63,324 bases of DNA, filler included, from Octopus bimaculoides (GCF_001194135.2; 11 parts of 8 records of this genome joined end to end with filler, not necessarily neighbours in it); one strand, 5' to 3'; shown: positions 27,573 to 40,971, numbered from the whole stretch's first letter. Notes: generated by a model from the letters alone, not told the origin. A program made the numbers and translations.

Positions 27573-28005
27573 CACACACACATATCAATAACAGCAGGTG
27601 TGGATTGATGAACATTTAGTTATATCTAGCAAAATGCAGTAACCACGTAATGGCTTCCTAGTTGGTTCAAGATTTGGGTGTTGTTCGTGTTGTTTAGATG
27701 TAAGGTGAGCTACGATCGAGCATGCCTATGAACAAAACAGTCCAATTATGACCATCCAGTAGGTATTCCCCGCACTATGCACGCAGAACGTAAGATCGAA
27801 AGTGTCCTTTCTTAAGAATGTAGGATGTGAAATATGAGACTTAACTGCTGTTTCTAGCTGGTTATGCGATCACATCGTGGCCTATTCCTCATCCGTTTCT
27901 TATGGAGTGACGTCGATAGGGTGCAATGCTGATAAGAATAATTGTCATGGCGATGATGATGGTGGTATAGAAGATGGTGAGTACGTGCGGTCGCGTGTAT
28001 GTCTG

Positions 28006-28073
<68 letters not shown>

Positions 28074-28151
28074 CGTAAGTGTAATGTATNNNNNNNNNNN
28101 NNNNNNNNNNNNNNNNNNNNNNNNNNNNNNNNNNNNNNNNTATATACACAG

Positions 28152-28191
<40 letters not shown>

Positions 28192-28214
28192 GCACACACA
28201 CACATGTATATAGA

Positions 28215-29727
28215 CAGAGTGCGGTGAATAAATTGTCGTCTAAATTACACAAAAATAAAAATAACACTGACATCTCATTTTAACAGATATATTTACCAAA
28301 ATTACATAAAAATGTCTTGAAATATTAAAGAGTAAATTTATTCAATGAAATCGCCGTTGGCTTCAACCACGACCTCCACACGACTCCGGAATCTCCTGCA
28401 ACTCTTCTGGACAGTGTCTTTGTTTAAGTTGGTAAATGCTGCCATAATCCTTGCCTTCAGTTCAACTTTGGTGTTACAAGGAGTTTTGTTGGTCTCTCAC
28501 TCAACTGTGCCCCACACATAATAATCAGGCGGGTTGCGGTTTGGGGAATTAGGCGGCCAGATGTTAGCAGTGATGTAGTCACAGAAATTGTAACAGACAT
28601 GATTGGGTCCTCCTACTTGTGTGGCATGGTGCAGAGTTCTGTTACCAGACATAGAGTCTTCCAGCAGCCATCACCTCCTCCAGGCACTTGATGTAGGTCT
28701 CTGTGGTAACTTTGAGGCCGTGTGAAAAGATGAATGGAGGCATGACGTCGCCATCATTAGTGATCACTCCAAACACGATGATGTTGACTGGATGTTTGAT
28801 TTTTATCACTCTCGGTACATGTTTCGGGAACAAAGCAAGCCAACGGTTGTTCTGTGTGTTCACCATCTGATCCTGGCAGAAAATTTGCTCTTCTGAGAAA
28901 AACCAAAGCATATTCAGTTGGACGGAATGCTTGAGTTTGTTGAAAAGCTTTGTAGCACGGTCTTTCCGCTTGTCCTTGATGGCTTGGGATAAAAATTGGC
29001 CCTTTCTCATCTGATTAACTTCGAGGAATCGTTGTCCATCATGGCCTGGATCTCACTAACAAATTCAAGAGTTCTTTTTTTTTATGAGAACGATCAGAGT
29101 GAGTTTTCCGAGCTGCAGTACCTTCGTAATTACCATTAGACTCATCCAACTCTCCGAATCCTCTGCACTGTCCTCAGACACTCAATTTATTTATGCGCCT
29201 TTTTCAAGCCTAGCCAGGCTCATGGGCCCGGTTTCCCGGTTTCTATGGCGTATGTGTTCCCCCTAGCTGGACGGGAGGCCAGTCCATCGCAGCGTTACTC
29301 AAGAAACAGGGAGAAAGAGTGAGAGAAAGTTGGAACGAAAGAGTACAACAGGGGTCGCCACCACCCCTTGCCGGAGCCTCGTGGAGCTTTAGGTGTTTTC
29401 GCACAATAAACATACACAACGCCCGGACTGGGAATCGAAACCGCAATCCTCCGATCACGAGTCCACTGCCCTAACTACTGGGCCATTGCGCCTTCTCAGA
29501 CACTCAAACACTCTGAAATGTTCGAATTGGAGCTTCCGGTGCGAATGCCAAGCAGTACAGCAAGTTGTTTCCAAATTTCGGGCAGAGTGAATTGCGTCAT
29601 GGTGCTGTTTTTCTCACAGACGGTGCCTAACTGACCCTACTATATTGTGTAGTCGACAAAACCAAAATCAATGTGCATACGCGAAATAAAATATATAATA
29701 TGGTGACAATTTATCCATCGCAGCCTA
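28215..29727 (-). mobile_element. maT-like (DD37D) Tc1/mariner transposon, decayed, with a nested SINE
   Basis: MRKGQFLSQ..WFFSEEQIFCQDQ..HPVNIIVFGVITNDGDVMPPFIF..VW*QNSAPCH..WPPNSPNRNPPDYYVW. TIRs CAGAGTGCGGTGAATAAATTGTC and (rc) TAGGCTGCGATGGATAAATTGTC. The 37-aa spacing requires correcting a frameshift. Confidence 0.88.
29186..29494 (-). mobile_element. tRNA-Arg-derived SINE (family C head, V-domain-like body) with 13-bp TSD
   Basis: TSD CTCAGACACTCAA at 29173-29185 and 29495-29507. Body contains GCGATGGACTGGCCTCCCGTCCAG, similar to the V-SINE domain (from memory). Confidence 0.88.
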
Positions 29728-29749
29728 TATATGCATGTGTGTGTATGTA

Positions 29750-29780
<31 letters not shown>

Positions 29781-30511
29781 GTGTGCGTGTATATGTACAT
29801 ATGCAAATATATATCATATATGTGTATATATATTGAAATATGAATGAGAGTATATGTACACATATATATATATATATATGTATGTATGTAGTTTGATATA
29901 TATATATATAGTTTTGGTTGTGGTCGCAAATAAAGCGATGTTATTGCTGTATTTGTTTGTTGTTTAATCACAGAACAATTCCTATCTAGCAGACCTTTTA
30001 ATGAAAGACGTTCCAACAGTGACCATCCCGTCGATGTTTCAGTCATAGTATATCTGGGACTGCATTATTCAACCTGCTCTTCACTTTTTCTGTTCTTTAT
30101 CTTTCGTTTTCTTCTTTTCTTTTTCTATTCGTTATTATATGATTTCTTCTTTATTTTTTTTGTTAAAGATGAGACCGTACTTTGAAGAGTTAACTGCTAT
30201 TTCTAGCCAGTCGAGTGACTACCTAGAAAATTAGTGGTTCCCTCGTTGTCAAGGTGCCAACGATATTGTTATTGTTATCGTTGATGGTGGTTACGGATGG
30301 GGAAGACGTGGGGGTGATGGTGGTAGCGAAGCAATGCCGATGCTACTCAATGTAGAACTGGTGGCGGTGGCGGTGGCGCTGGCGGTGGGGGTGGAGGAAG
30401 AGGTAGAGTGANNNNNNNNNNNNNNNNNNNNNNNNNNNNNNNNNNNNNNNNNNNNTTAATTAATTAANNNNNNNNNNNNNNNNNNNNNNNNNNNNNNNNN
30501 NNNNNNNNNNN

Positions 30512-30647
30512 GGCGAGCTGGCAGAAACGGTAGCACGCCGGGCGAAATGCTTAGCGGCATTTCGTCTGTCTTTATGTTCTGAGTTCAAATTCCGCCGAGG
30601 TTGACTTTACCTTTCATCCTTTCGGGGTCGATAAATTAAATGCCAGT
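30512..30647 (+). mobile_element. SINE family B, 5' part
   Basis: GGCGAGCTGGCAGAAACGG head plus core; truncated by the Penelope-like segment. Confidence 0.85.
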
Positions 30648-30835
30648 CCTATATTCAAACGATGAGGAATTATGTACATTATTTACGTTATTTACATTTG
30701 ACGGATATTTGTCCTCATCTTGTTTGTTGTTAACACAATATTTCGGCTGATATACCCTCCAGCCTTCATCAGGTGTCTTGGGGAAATTTCGAACCTGGGT
30801 TCTCATTCCTAAGGTATTTTTCGATATAATTATTA
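30648..30835 (-). mobile_element. Penelope-like element terminal (pLTR) fragment
   Basis: Minus strand CTGATGAAGGCTGG..CAGCCGAAA motif, typical of Penelope termini. No coding sequence is adjacent. Confidence 0.6.
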
Positions 30836-30869
30836 TTATGACCTGAATAATAATAATAATAATAATAAT

Positions 30870-31489
30870 AAAATTTTGGGGGAGGGTGCCAGTCAATTAA
30901 ATCGACCCCAGTATGTAACTGGTACTTAGTTTATCAACCCCGAAAGGATGAAAGTCAAAGTCAACCACGGTAGAATTTGAACTCAGAACATAAAGACAGA
31001 CGAAATACCGCTGAGTATTTCGCCCGGTGTGCTAACGTTTCTGCCAGCTCGCCGCCTTAAAATTTTTTTTTTCTACTTAAGGAACAAGGCCCGAAATTTT
31101 TTTAGGGGAGGTGGAGCAGTCGATTAGATCACCTTCAGTACGCAACTAGTACTTAATTTATCGACCCCGAAAGAGTGAAAGCAAAGTCGACCTCGGTGGA
31201 ATTGAACTCAGAACATAAAGACACGAAATACCGTTAAACATTTCGCCCGGTGTCCTAACGTTTCTTATTTCTTTATTGCCCACAAAGGTCTAAACATACA
31301 AGGGACAAACAAGGACAGACAAAGGGATTAAGTCGATTATATCAACCCCAGTGCGTAACTTCTACCTAATTTATCGACCCCGAAAGGATGAAAGGCAAAG
31401 TCGACCTCGGCGGAATTTGAACTCGGAACGTAACTGCAAATGAAATTCCGATAAGCATTTCGCCAAGTGTGCTAACGTTTCTGCCAGCT
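30870..31489 (-). mobile_element. Three head-to-tail family-B SINEs
   Basis: Copies at ~30870-31057 (tail X), ~31065-31262 (tail X) and ~31262-31489 (tail Y). Confidence 0.85.
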
Positions 31490-31543
31490 TAGAATTTGTT
31501 ACTATTGCACCGTAGTAAACCTAGATCGGAAAAAAAGAAATAA

Positions 31544-31799
31544 GGTAGAAGTTACGCACTGGGGCTGATATAATCGACTTAATCCCTTTGTCTGTCCTTG
31601 TTTGTCCCTTGTATGTTTAGACCTTTGTGGGCAATAAAGAAATAAGAAACGTTAGGACACCGGGCGAAATGCTTATCGGAATTTCATTTGCAGTTACGTT
31701 CCGAGTTCAAATTCCGCCGAGGTCGACTTTGCCTTTCATCCTTTCGGGGTCGATAAATTAGGTAGAAGTTACGCACTGGGGTTGATATAATCGACTTAA
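31544..31799 (+). repeat. Inverted, circularly permuted duplicate of 31239-31455
   Basis: 31544-31671 = rc(31239-31366) with 1 mismatch; 31672-31799 = rc(31328-31455) exactly. Confidence 0.92.
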
Positions 31800-31939
31800 G
31801 GATGGCTATGGTTGGAACGCCTTTGATCATGTTTGTTTGGTAATACTACCGCCATTACTTCCAGGACCACTTTGTGGTCCTCGTACCACTTAGAAAAATA
31901 AAAATTAACTATATCTCTCCCGGACTATAAACTATCATC

Positions 31940-32015
<76 letters not shown>

Positions 32016-32650
32016 NNNNNNNNNNACACACACACGCGCGCACTCTCTCGCGCTCTCTCTCGTATGTGTGTGTGTCTGTGAGTATTAAATATATATGCAT
32101 GCATGTGTGTATATGTATAAGTGTACAATGAAAAAGGTTTAGAATGTATTCAAAGTTTTGTGTTACTTATCATTAGACAGCTGCTTACTTCGGTATATCA
32201 AGTATTATATAAATAGTTTTATGCGTAAAGGGAATCACCTAGTAGGTCGAAGGGGATATATGCAAATTAGGTAGAGTGTCAACGAGTTTGTGAGAATGAG
32301 ATGTGGTTGTATAAGAAGGGGTTGGAATTATCGCTTCACCTAACAAATGCATGGCCCAAATAAACTCTCCCTCCCTCTCCCAACCTCTCTCTCTCTTTTT
32401 CCCTCCATCCATCTGCGACTTCTCTCTCCCCTCCCTCTTTCTCTTATATACATATATACACATATACACATATATTTATTTCTTTGTTGCTCACAGGGGC
32501 TAAACAGAGGGGACAAACAAGGACAGACAAAGCGATTAAGTCGATTACATCGACCCTAGTGCGTAACTGGTTCTTATTTAATCGACCCTGAAAGCATGAA
32601 AGTCAAAGTCGACCTCGATGAAATATACATACATACATGCATACATACAT

Positions 32651-32681
<31 letters not shown>

Positions 32682-33539
32682 CATACATACATACATACAT
32701 ATATTTCAGTCATTAGACTGAGGCCGTGCTGGGGCATTGCCTTGAAAAATCTTAGTCGAACGAATAAATCCTAGTATTTATGTTTTTAAAGCTTGGCACT
32801 TATTCTATCGAAATGTTTTGTTGGCCTTCTAAGTTACGGGGACATAGACATATCAGCACCGGTTGTCAAGCCATGGTGGCAGACAAACATAGACACATAG
32901 ACAGTAAAACAGACACACACACACACGCACACATACACACACACACATACGCATGCGTGTGCGCACACACACACTTCTGAAGCTCGTTCTGGCAAAAGGT
33001 TCTGTAATGAAGACGAATTGGCCATGGCTGGAATGTCTTTGACCATTTGTCTGTTAGGTCTGACCTTAACCAATATCAACAATCACAACAGCGATATTAT
33101 CAATATTTCTTTGATGATGCATGCGCTTGTTTTTCTATTCTCTTTTGTTAATTTATTTATTTATTTATTTATTTATCTATTTTAGAGAGTAGCGAAGAGT
33201 GATGGATATTTGATGGTTAATTTTACAAGGTCAAGTGATCAAAACACACTCAACTAGTCTTTCAATTATTCCATTTTTAAAGATTAATTAATCATTTGAT
33301 GTTTGTCACAAGAGTTGCCCTATTGGGAAAGGTGTGATGAGAAAAAGAAAAAGGCATAATAGTTGTAATTCTTTTCAAAAAATGAAAATGTTTTTAGACC
33401 TTGTCCAACATCATAGCGAAGCAAAATGAATGATATGGCTGCTAATTCTTTGTTATCTTATTCAGAAACTTTTAAAGTGTCAGAAAAAGAATGCTTCGCA
33501 GTAATTCTTCCGGATTTTAACGTTGTGAGTTCCTGTCCT

Positions 33540-34110
33540 CTGACCTAATAATTGCTCTGTCTTGATACAAAGAGGCTAAACAGGGGCACATAAGGGAAAT
33601 TCAGTCAATACCTGTCAAATATTGGGAAATATCTAAGCAGGTTTACGAGATTTTTGAACCGTCTTCTACGCGCTAGCCCTACAGAATTGTTTTGAGAATC
33701 TAAAATACAGTTCTAGTTTCCCACTTGTAGAAGTGATCGGGACGTTCCCAGGAATGCTTCCAGACGTCTGAAAAACTCTGGCTGTTCTACTCCTGTTGGG
33801 GCATAGACGGCCACTACTGGTCTAAAAGCACTGCCTTCGCTGCCGGTCACATCCAAAACCATTGACTTATGGTCAGGTCCATGAATATTGCCTATATTGT
33901 GAGATCGAAGGATTTGGGGAATAATAATACAACCACATCATCCGATACCTATAGACTACGAGATGAGAATATTTCATTGTCATCAAAAATAGGTCCAAGT
34001 ACGTGCGTTCGAGAGAACCCAATCTCGCTGCTGATTTTTATATGTATATCTAGGGTCCGTGTTTCCATGCTGAACCCAAGTTGCACACATTTGAACATAC
34101 GACATTGTGA
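33540..34110 (-). mobile_element. L1/Tx1-clade LINE AP-endonuclease remnant
   Basis: THVLGPIFDDNEIFSS, frameshift, MVLDVTGSEGSAFRPVVAVYAPTGVEQPEFFRRLEAFLGTSRSLLQVGN*NCILD (VYAP and GDxN-like motifs). May extend to ~34450. Confidence 0.78.
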
Positions 34111-35465
34111 ATAGCAATGTCTATTGGAGAAAATAAAATGGGAGTGGTCAACCACCTTGGTCCTCGAGACAGTAGATTGATCTGGTCTCCTTGTTGATTA
34201 AGAAGGATGTTTTGAAAGACCTTTGTGAGGTATTTCTAATGGGCATTTTTCTAAAAAGTCCAGCCTCAAAGGAAAACTTTTCCTTCAACATCTCTGTCAG
34301 TTTATGATAAAAATCTGTCCATAGGAGTTTTAGGGAAGAACCCTTCAAAGTCCTCTCTATTAGTGGCAATATTATTACCGTTTCTGTAAATTCAATATTG
34401 TTTATTTGTATAACAATGAAGTTAAGGAAGTTGCCTTCCGGCTTATCTTGCCTGTTTGTCTTGTCTGGTCATTTTAAAGGGATTGCGGTTGCACTTCTGG
34501 CTGAGAGTTTCGTTTAAATTGTTATCGTTCTGGTTGCAGTTTAAGCCCGTTCGAATAAGTACTAGGCTTACAAAGAATAAGTCCTGGGGTCGATTTGCTA
34601 GACTAAAGGCGGTGCTCCAGCATGGCCGCAGTCAAATGACTGAAACAAATAAATGAATAAAATAATATGATAAAGAGACTGAAAAATTTGAACAGTCAAA
34701 CTTTATGCTTATTTCGAGTTAGCTTCTTCATAATACTTGTCCGATAAGTATTTCTATCGCACTAACTGAATACATGCAACAATATGCAGTTAATGCGATA
34801 GAAACACGTGACGGACAGTCATTATGAATAAACTAACTAGAAATTAACAATTCTTCATTCTCCTTATTGTCAATATTGTAATTTACACTCTAAGTAGCCA
34901 AGAAATAAACTATATATATTATATGTTTGGGTGGTGTGAACATGTAAACGATTTTGTATACGTGTATCTGTAAGCTGCTTATTTCTGAGTGTCAGAAGTC
35001 TGTGTGGTAAGTTGGCATACGTGGACATTTGCGTGTGCATATATATATATATCTACACACAGCTGAGTATGTATTAAATTATGAGTACTAGTGTACTCAT
35101 AGTATGTTAACAATGGAATTGTGTGTGAATGCGCATATACACCTCTGTATGTGTGTGTATATCCATATATCTGTATGGTAATCTATATGTGCTAGTGAGC
35201 TTTCATGTGTTGTAATGTGTAACCCTTAACGTGTATGTGTGTGTTTGTGTGTGTATATATATATATATATATATNNNNNNNNNNNNNNNNNNNNNNNNNN
35301 NNNNNNNNNNNNNNNNNNTTAATTAATTAANNNNNNNNNNNNNNNNNNNNNNNNNNNNNNNNNNNNNNNNNNNNACAACAACAACAACAATAACAACAAT
35401 AATCATAATGGCTTTTGATTTTAGCACGTTATTTTATCGACCTCGGTGCAGTTTGACCTCAGAGT

Positions 35466-35717
35466 CGAAAGAAGTACAGTAATGCGGCGAGCTGGCAGAA
35501 ACGTTAGGACGCCGGGTGAAATACTTAGCGGTATTTCATCTGTCTTTACGTTCTGAGTTCAAATTCTGCCGAGGTCGACTTTACCTTTCATCTTTTCGGG
35601 GTCGCTAAATCAAGTACCAGTTACGCACTGGGATCGATGTAATCGTCTTAATCCCTTTGTCTGTCCTTGTTTGTCCCCTCTGTGTGTAGCCCCTTGTGGG
35701 CAATAAAGAAATAAGAA
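35466..35717 (+). mobile_element. SINE family B, full length, tail Y
   Basis: Head to AATAAAGAAATAAG tail. Confidence 0.85.
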
Positions 35718-35921
35718 ATACCGTAATGCATTTTGTTCGACACTCTAATAATTCGCAACTCTGATGAAGCTAAGAAGCAGTCAGATGGGGAGGTAGCCAC
35801 TGACAAAGTTTAAGCACTTTCCTCGTTCATAAAAGTCTTTAATGATTGAATTATATTCGTAATTCGCGTGCAGTTTGCTTTGGATTTTCCTCAGCTCCAG
35901 TCTTCAGAAGCTCAATATATT

Positions 35922-36135
35922 CTTCTCTACTCTAGGCACAAGGTTCGAATTTTTTGGGGGGTGGGGGTGGCCAGTCGATTAGATTGATCCCAGTACGCAA
36001 CTGGTACTTAATTCATCGACCCCGAAAGTATGAAAGGCAAAGTCGACCTCGGCGGAATTTGAACTCAGAACGTAAAGACAGACGAAATACTGCTAAGGAT
36101 TTCGCCCGGCGTGCTAACGTTTCTGCCAATTCGCC
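35922..36135 (-). mobile_element. SINE family B, full length, tail X
   Basis: Opposite orientation to the copy at 35466, ~200 bp away. Confidence 0.85.
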
Positions 36136-36539
36136 ACTTTTCAGAAGATCAATATTGACAGAGCTTGGTTCTTGAAGTTGAGGGTAGAATGCTAAAGAAT
36201 AATTTCCAGAGCGAAACTGGCCAAACCATAATTGGTGTATCCGGACACTTAAAACTTAATTTCTGTAGAACTTAATTTCTTGATGCTTCCATGGCTGAAA
36301 ATATCCTTTTGAATTCATAGACAATCCAGTGTCTGAGATGAGTCTAATCTAAATTCATTTTGAGAGTAAAATTGCAAAGAAAGAAACAAACATAAGACTG
36401 TAAAAAATAATGCTTATTTTATCACAAGGATTGAAAAATACTCTCAAAATTATCGTATCAAAAAGCGTCAGGACTCTCTCTCTCTCTCTCCAATCAAATA
36501 GTCCTACATGTGCATTGCCCTAAAAAGTAATAACAAAAC

Positions 36540-37336
36540 CAACAATATGGTCATGCTCGAATTACCTTTCATCATAGGACTACTCATTCAAGGATGACAT
36601 GGTGCTAAGCAACACATGATCAACGACAACCGCAACACCAAAAAAAACAATATCAACAACAACTTCAAAAACAACTGTAACGACCTCATCATTAACAACA
36701 ACCACATCATCAACAAGCTTAGCAAAAGTAACACAAAACAAGCAATACAAATAACAACTTCCAAAAGAAACGAACTCCCACAACAATAATATAATTCGAA
36801 CAGCAAAACAACATTAACTTATATAACAACAAAAAAGCAAACAAACAGAAACCTCCACATCAAAAGCTAAACAATGTAAAACAATACTAAACTACAGCAA
36901 ATACGATAACTACAACAGCAAGAATTGTAAAAAAGCAAGTTCAGCAAATATCATAACAAACATACGAAAGACACCAAACATGCATAGACAGCGCTAACGA
37001 CAATAACAATATGAAAAATAGGGACGACGAATAATAACAAGAATACAAACCACACCGCGGCTGCTGCCGCCGCCACCGCCGTCGCCACCTCCGCTGCCAA
37101 TCACAGTGACAACAACAACAACAACAACAACAACAGCAATAGCAATATCGAGCAAAAATCAAAATCAAAAGCAATATTTACAACATTTAGTCCGCAACAT
37201 TAGCAAGAAAAACCAATCGCAACATCAAAAGCGACTGCGTCTTAATTATAAACAACATTAACGAAATCAGCGTTGTAGTCGTCGACGTCGTTGTCATCAT
37301 GACGATGATGGTGAGAAGGATGATGATGACGACGAC

Positions 37337-37369
<33 letters not shown>

Positions 37370-37935
37370 GAGGAGGGTGGTGACGATGATGATGATGCTG
37401 ATGATGGCGATGGGAATGGGGACGTTGGTGGTGTTGGGAGTGACGATGATGATCGTGATGTTAATGTTAACAGTGATCATTCTCAACAGAAACATCGTCA
37501 TCACCATCACCATCACCATCACCATCACCATCACCATCACCACCACCTCCATTGCCATAATCACTCCTCCTTCACTTCCACTTCCTCCTCCACCTCCACC
37601 TCCACCTCCACTTCGNNNNNNNNNNNNNNNNNNNNNNNNNNNNNNNNNNNNNNNNNNNNNNNNNNNNNNNNNNNNNNNNNNNNNNNNNNNNNNNNNNNNN
37701 NNNNNNNNNNNNNNNNNNNNNNNNNNNNNNNNNNNNNNNNNNNNNNNNNNNNNNNNNNNNNNNNNNNNNNNNNNNNNNNNNNNNNNNNNNNNNNNNNNNN
37801 NNNNNNNNNNNNNNNNNNNNNNNNNNNNNNNNNNNNNNNNNNNNNNNNNNNNNNNNNNNNNNNNNNNNNNNNNNNNNNNNNNNNNNNNNNNNNNNNNNNN
37901 NNNNNNNNNNNNNNNNNNNNNNNNNNNNNNNNNNN

Positions 37936-37977
<42 letters not shown>

Positions 37978-37991
37978 CATCATCATCATCA
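36540..37991. repeat. (AAC)n, (GAT)n, (CAC)n and (CAT)n low-complexity block containing a gap
   Basis: Direct reading. Confidence 0.9.
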
Positions 37992-38129
37992 TAAAATTTG
38001 TTGAAACAAAAAACCATTAAAAAAAATTTTGCCAACAAAACAATCTTAAATTTTCATTGAAAAATTTTTTGTTTAAATTACTTCACGACATATTTTTCAT
38101 TCCTTTCTCTATGTTGCTGATTAAATTAA

Positions 38130-38150
38130 AACTAGTACCCTGTGTGTGTA

Positions 38151-38191
<41 letters not shown>

Positions 38192-39178
38192 ATGTATATG
38201 TCTGCGTATGTGTGTGCACGTACGTCAGTATGTCTGTCTGTATACGTGTGTATTTGTGTAAGAATCTTTGCTTTTCTCTACGCGTATGTTTCTTTCTCTC
38301 TATCTCTCTCTCTGTGTTTATGTGTATGTGTGTCTTTCAGTGTGTGTGCTTGTATCATTGTTAATGTTCATCAGGGTGTGTGATTCATTGTGTCTTTATT
38401 TGTGTGTGTATGTATGTGTGTGTGTGCAAGTTTGTGTGTGTGTGTGTGTGGTGATACGTGTATGCGTCGGATCATATGTTGGGGGACGAATTGTGATTAG
38501 CATGTATACACGCGTTTATGTGTGTGTACATCGATATACGCGTATATGATAAGACATTCAAGTTTATATGTGGATGGATGTATGTACGAGTGACTGTGTA
38601 TATTCATGCGTGGGAGTGTGTACCTACGTATGTGCGTATGTGTCTGTATGTGATAGCACGAATATGTAAGTGTACTTCTGTAATTGTTTAATGTAATCAT
38701 GTGTATAATATTGTGTGTGATTGTGTGTGAGTGTGTGCGTGTGTGCGCGCTAGTATTTTTGTGTGTGATTGCGTGTGATTGTATATGCGTATGTGTGATT
38801 GTATGTGTGTGATTGTATGTGTGTGTTTGCGTGTGAGATTGTGTGTATGTGATTGCATGTGTGTGAGTGTTTGCGTGCGTGATTGTATATGCGTGCGTGT
38901 AATTCTCTGTGTCTGTGCGTGTGCGTGTACGTGTATGTGTGAATGCAATAATTTGTGCGTGCATGTATATATGTGTGTGTGTGCCTGTGTGTGTGAATGT
39001 GTTTATATGTATGAGTGTATGCACCCGGGTATGTGAGTGTGTGGGTTTGTGCATCTGTATGAGCTGTGATTTCATTTGTGTGAATGTGTGTGTGTATGTT
39101 TGTGAGTGTTTGTGTGCACACTTATGCAAACATAAACACTCGCTAACACATGCATACTCACACTAATACGCACATACG

Positions 39179-39209
<31 letters not shown>

Positions 39210-39240
39210 AAAGTGTGTTTGTGTGTGTGTGTGTGTGTGA
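38130..39240. repeat. 1.1-kb degenerate (GT)n tract with recurring GTGTGATTG
   Basis: Direct reading. Confidence 0.9.
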
Positions 39241-40836
39241 TTGCCAGTGTACTGCCTGGATATGCATTTATATAGATGCTGTGCATACGCATAAATATTC
39301 TTGTATTTGCTTACACTTTTCACCTCTAAGGCTGTGGCCATGCTGGGGCACAACCAGTGAACATGTAAGTAAAGATGTGTTAGTCTTCATATTTTGTGTT
39401 TTTTTCCTTAGCCTTAGCCCTGGGTCAGCTCTGACTGAACAGATCCATGATCTCAGTCGTTCCAATCATGACCATTCTGCTTTTTTATAACTGTCTTACA
39501 TCGTGAAAGTGTCAAAATACGATCTGAGGGAGATTTGACAGCTGATTCTTGAAGGTCAATCAATCACTAAGCATATTTACACGTATCTATGTGTTTATTT
39601 ATCTTTCTATACATGCTTGTCTCTCTGTACATGGTGCTCGGGTAAAACATGAGGATTTTTAAGTCTTCCTTTCTCGGGAGCATCTTGATGTATTGTTAAA
39701 TAGTCAACGGTGTTGGAGAGCATAGAGATTAACGTTGTAGCTGAGAAAAAGTTAGCTGACATAGAGGACTGGAAGCCATATGAATATTGGAAAAGAGCTA
39801 ACTGTATCATGATGATGCGCGCCGTGTTTCAAGACGCCGACACTATGGCAGCTGCTCAATGCTTTGTGGATTGTAAAGGATGAAAGACGTGAGATGGAGA
39901 GCTGCAACAGAGGGAACCAACCCATGGCCAGGAGAAAGGGACACAGCAGGCGTTCTGACTGCATCTGAACGCTGGAATTCNNNNNNNNNNGAGAACCGCT
40001 TGATGAAAGCGAAGAAGCTGCCAAATAAACTGTGGCATCTTGTTGAGCGGAGAATGATAATCGCAGTTTGCAGTATGACGTTAACAGGACCTTTCTGACT
40101 GGCAAAAATTAGCAAAAAAAAACAACAAAAACTAAATAAAAAAGATAAAAAATAAAATCCTTACATGTTTGCAACATGTTATTAATTTATACATCCACCA
40201 AAAACAATAATAATAATAATAATAATAATAATAATNNNNNNNNNNNNNNNNNNNNNNNNNNNNNNNNNNNNNNNNNNNNNNNNNNNNNNNNNNNNNNNNN
40301 NNNNNNNNNNNNNNNNNNNNNNNNNNNNNNNNNNNNNNNNNNNNNNNNNNNNNNNNNNNNNNNNNNNNNNNNNNNNNNNNNNNNNNNNNNNNNNNNNNNN
40401 NNNNNNNNNNNNNNNNNNNNNNNNNNNNNNNNNNNNNNNNNNNNNNNNNNNNNNNNNNNNNNNNNNNNNNNNNNNNNNNNNNNNNNNNNNNNNNNNNNNN
40501 NNNNNNNNNNNNNNNNNNNNNNNNNNNNNNNNNNNNNNNNNNNNNNNNNNNNNNNNNNNNNNNNNNNNNNNNNNNNNNNNNNNNNNNNNNNNNNNNNNNN
40601 NNNNNNNNNNNNNNNNNNNNNNNNNNNNNNNNNNNNNNNNNNNNNNNNNNNNNNNNNNNNNNNNNNNNNNNNNNNNNNNNNNNNNNNNNNNNNNNNNNNN
40701 NNNNNNNNNNNNNNNNNNNNNNNNNNNNNNNNNNNNNNNNNNNNNNNNNNNNNNNNNNNNNNNNNNNNNNNNNNNNNNNNNNNNNNNNNNNNNNNNNNNN
40801 NNNNNNNNNNNNNNNNNNNNNNNNNNNNNNNNNNNN

Positions 40837-40971
<135 letters not shown>

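Noticed and set aside
39610-40110. GC-richer segment with several short ORFs
   Set aside because: Possibly a decayed LINE 3' region (DIEDWKPY.., VRWRAATEG..), but I cannot assign it and it contains a gap.
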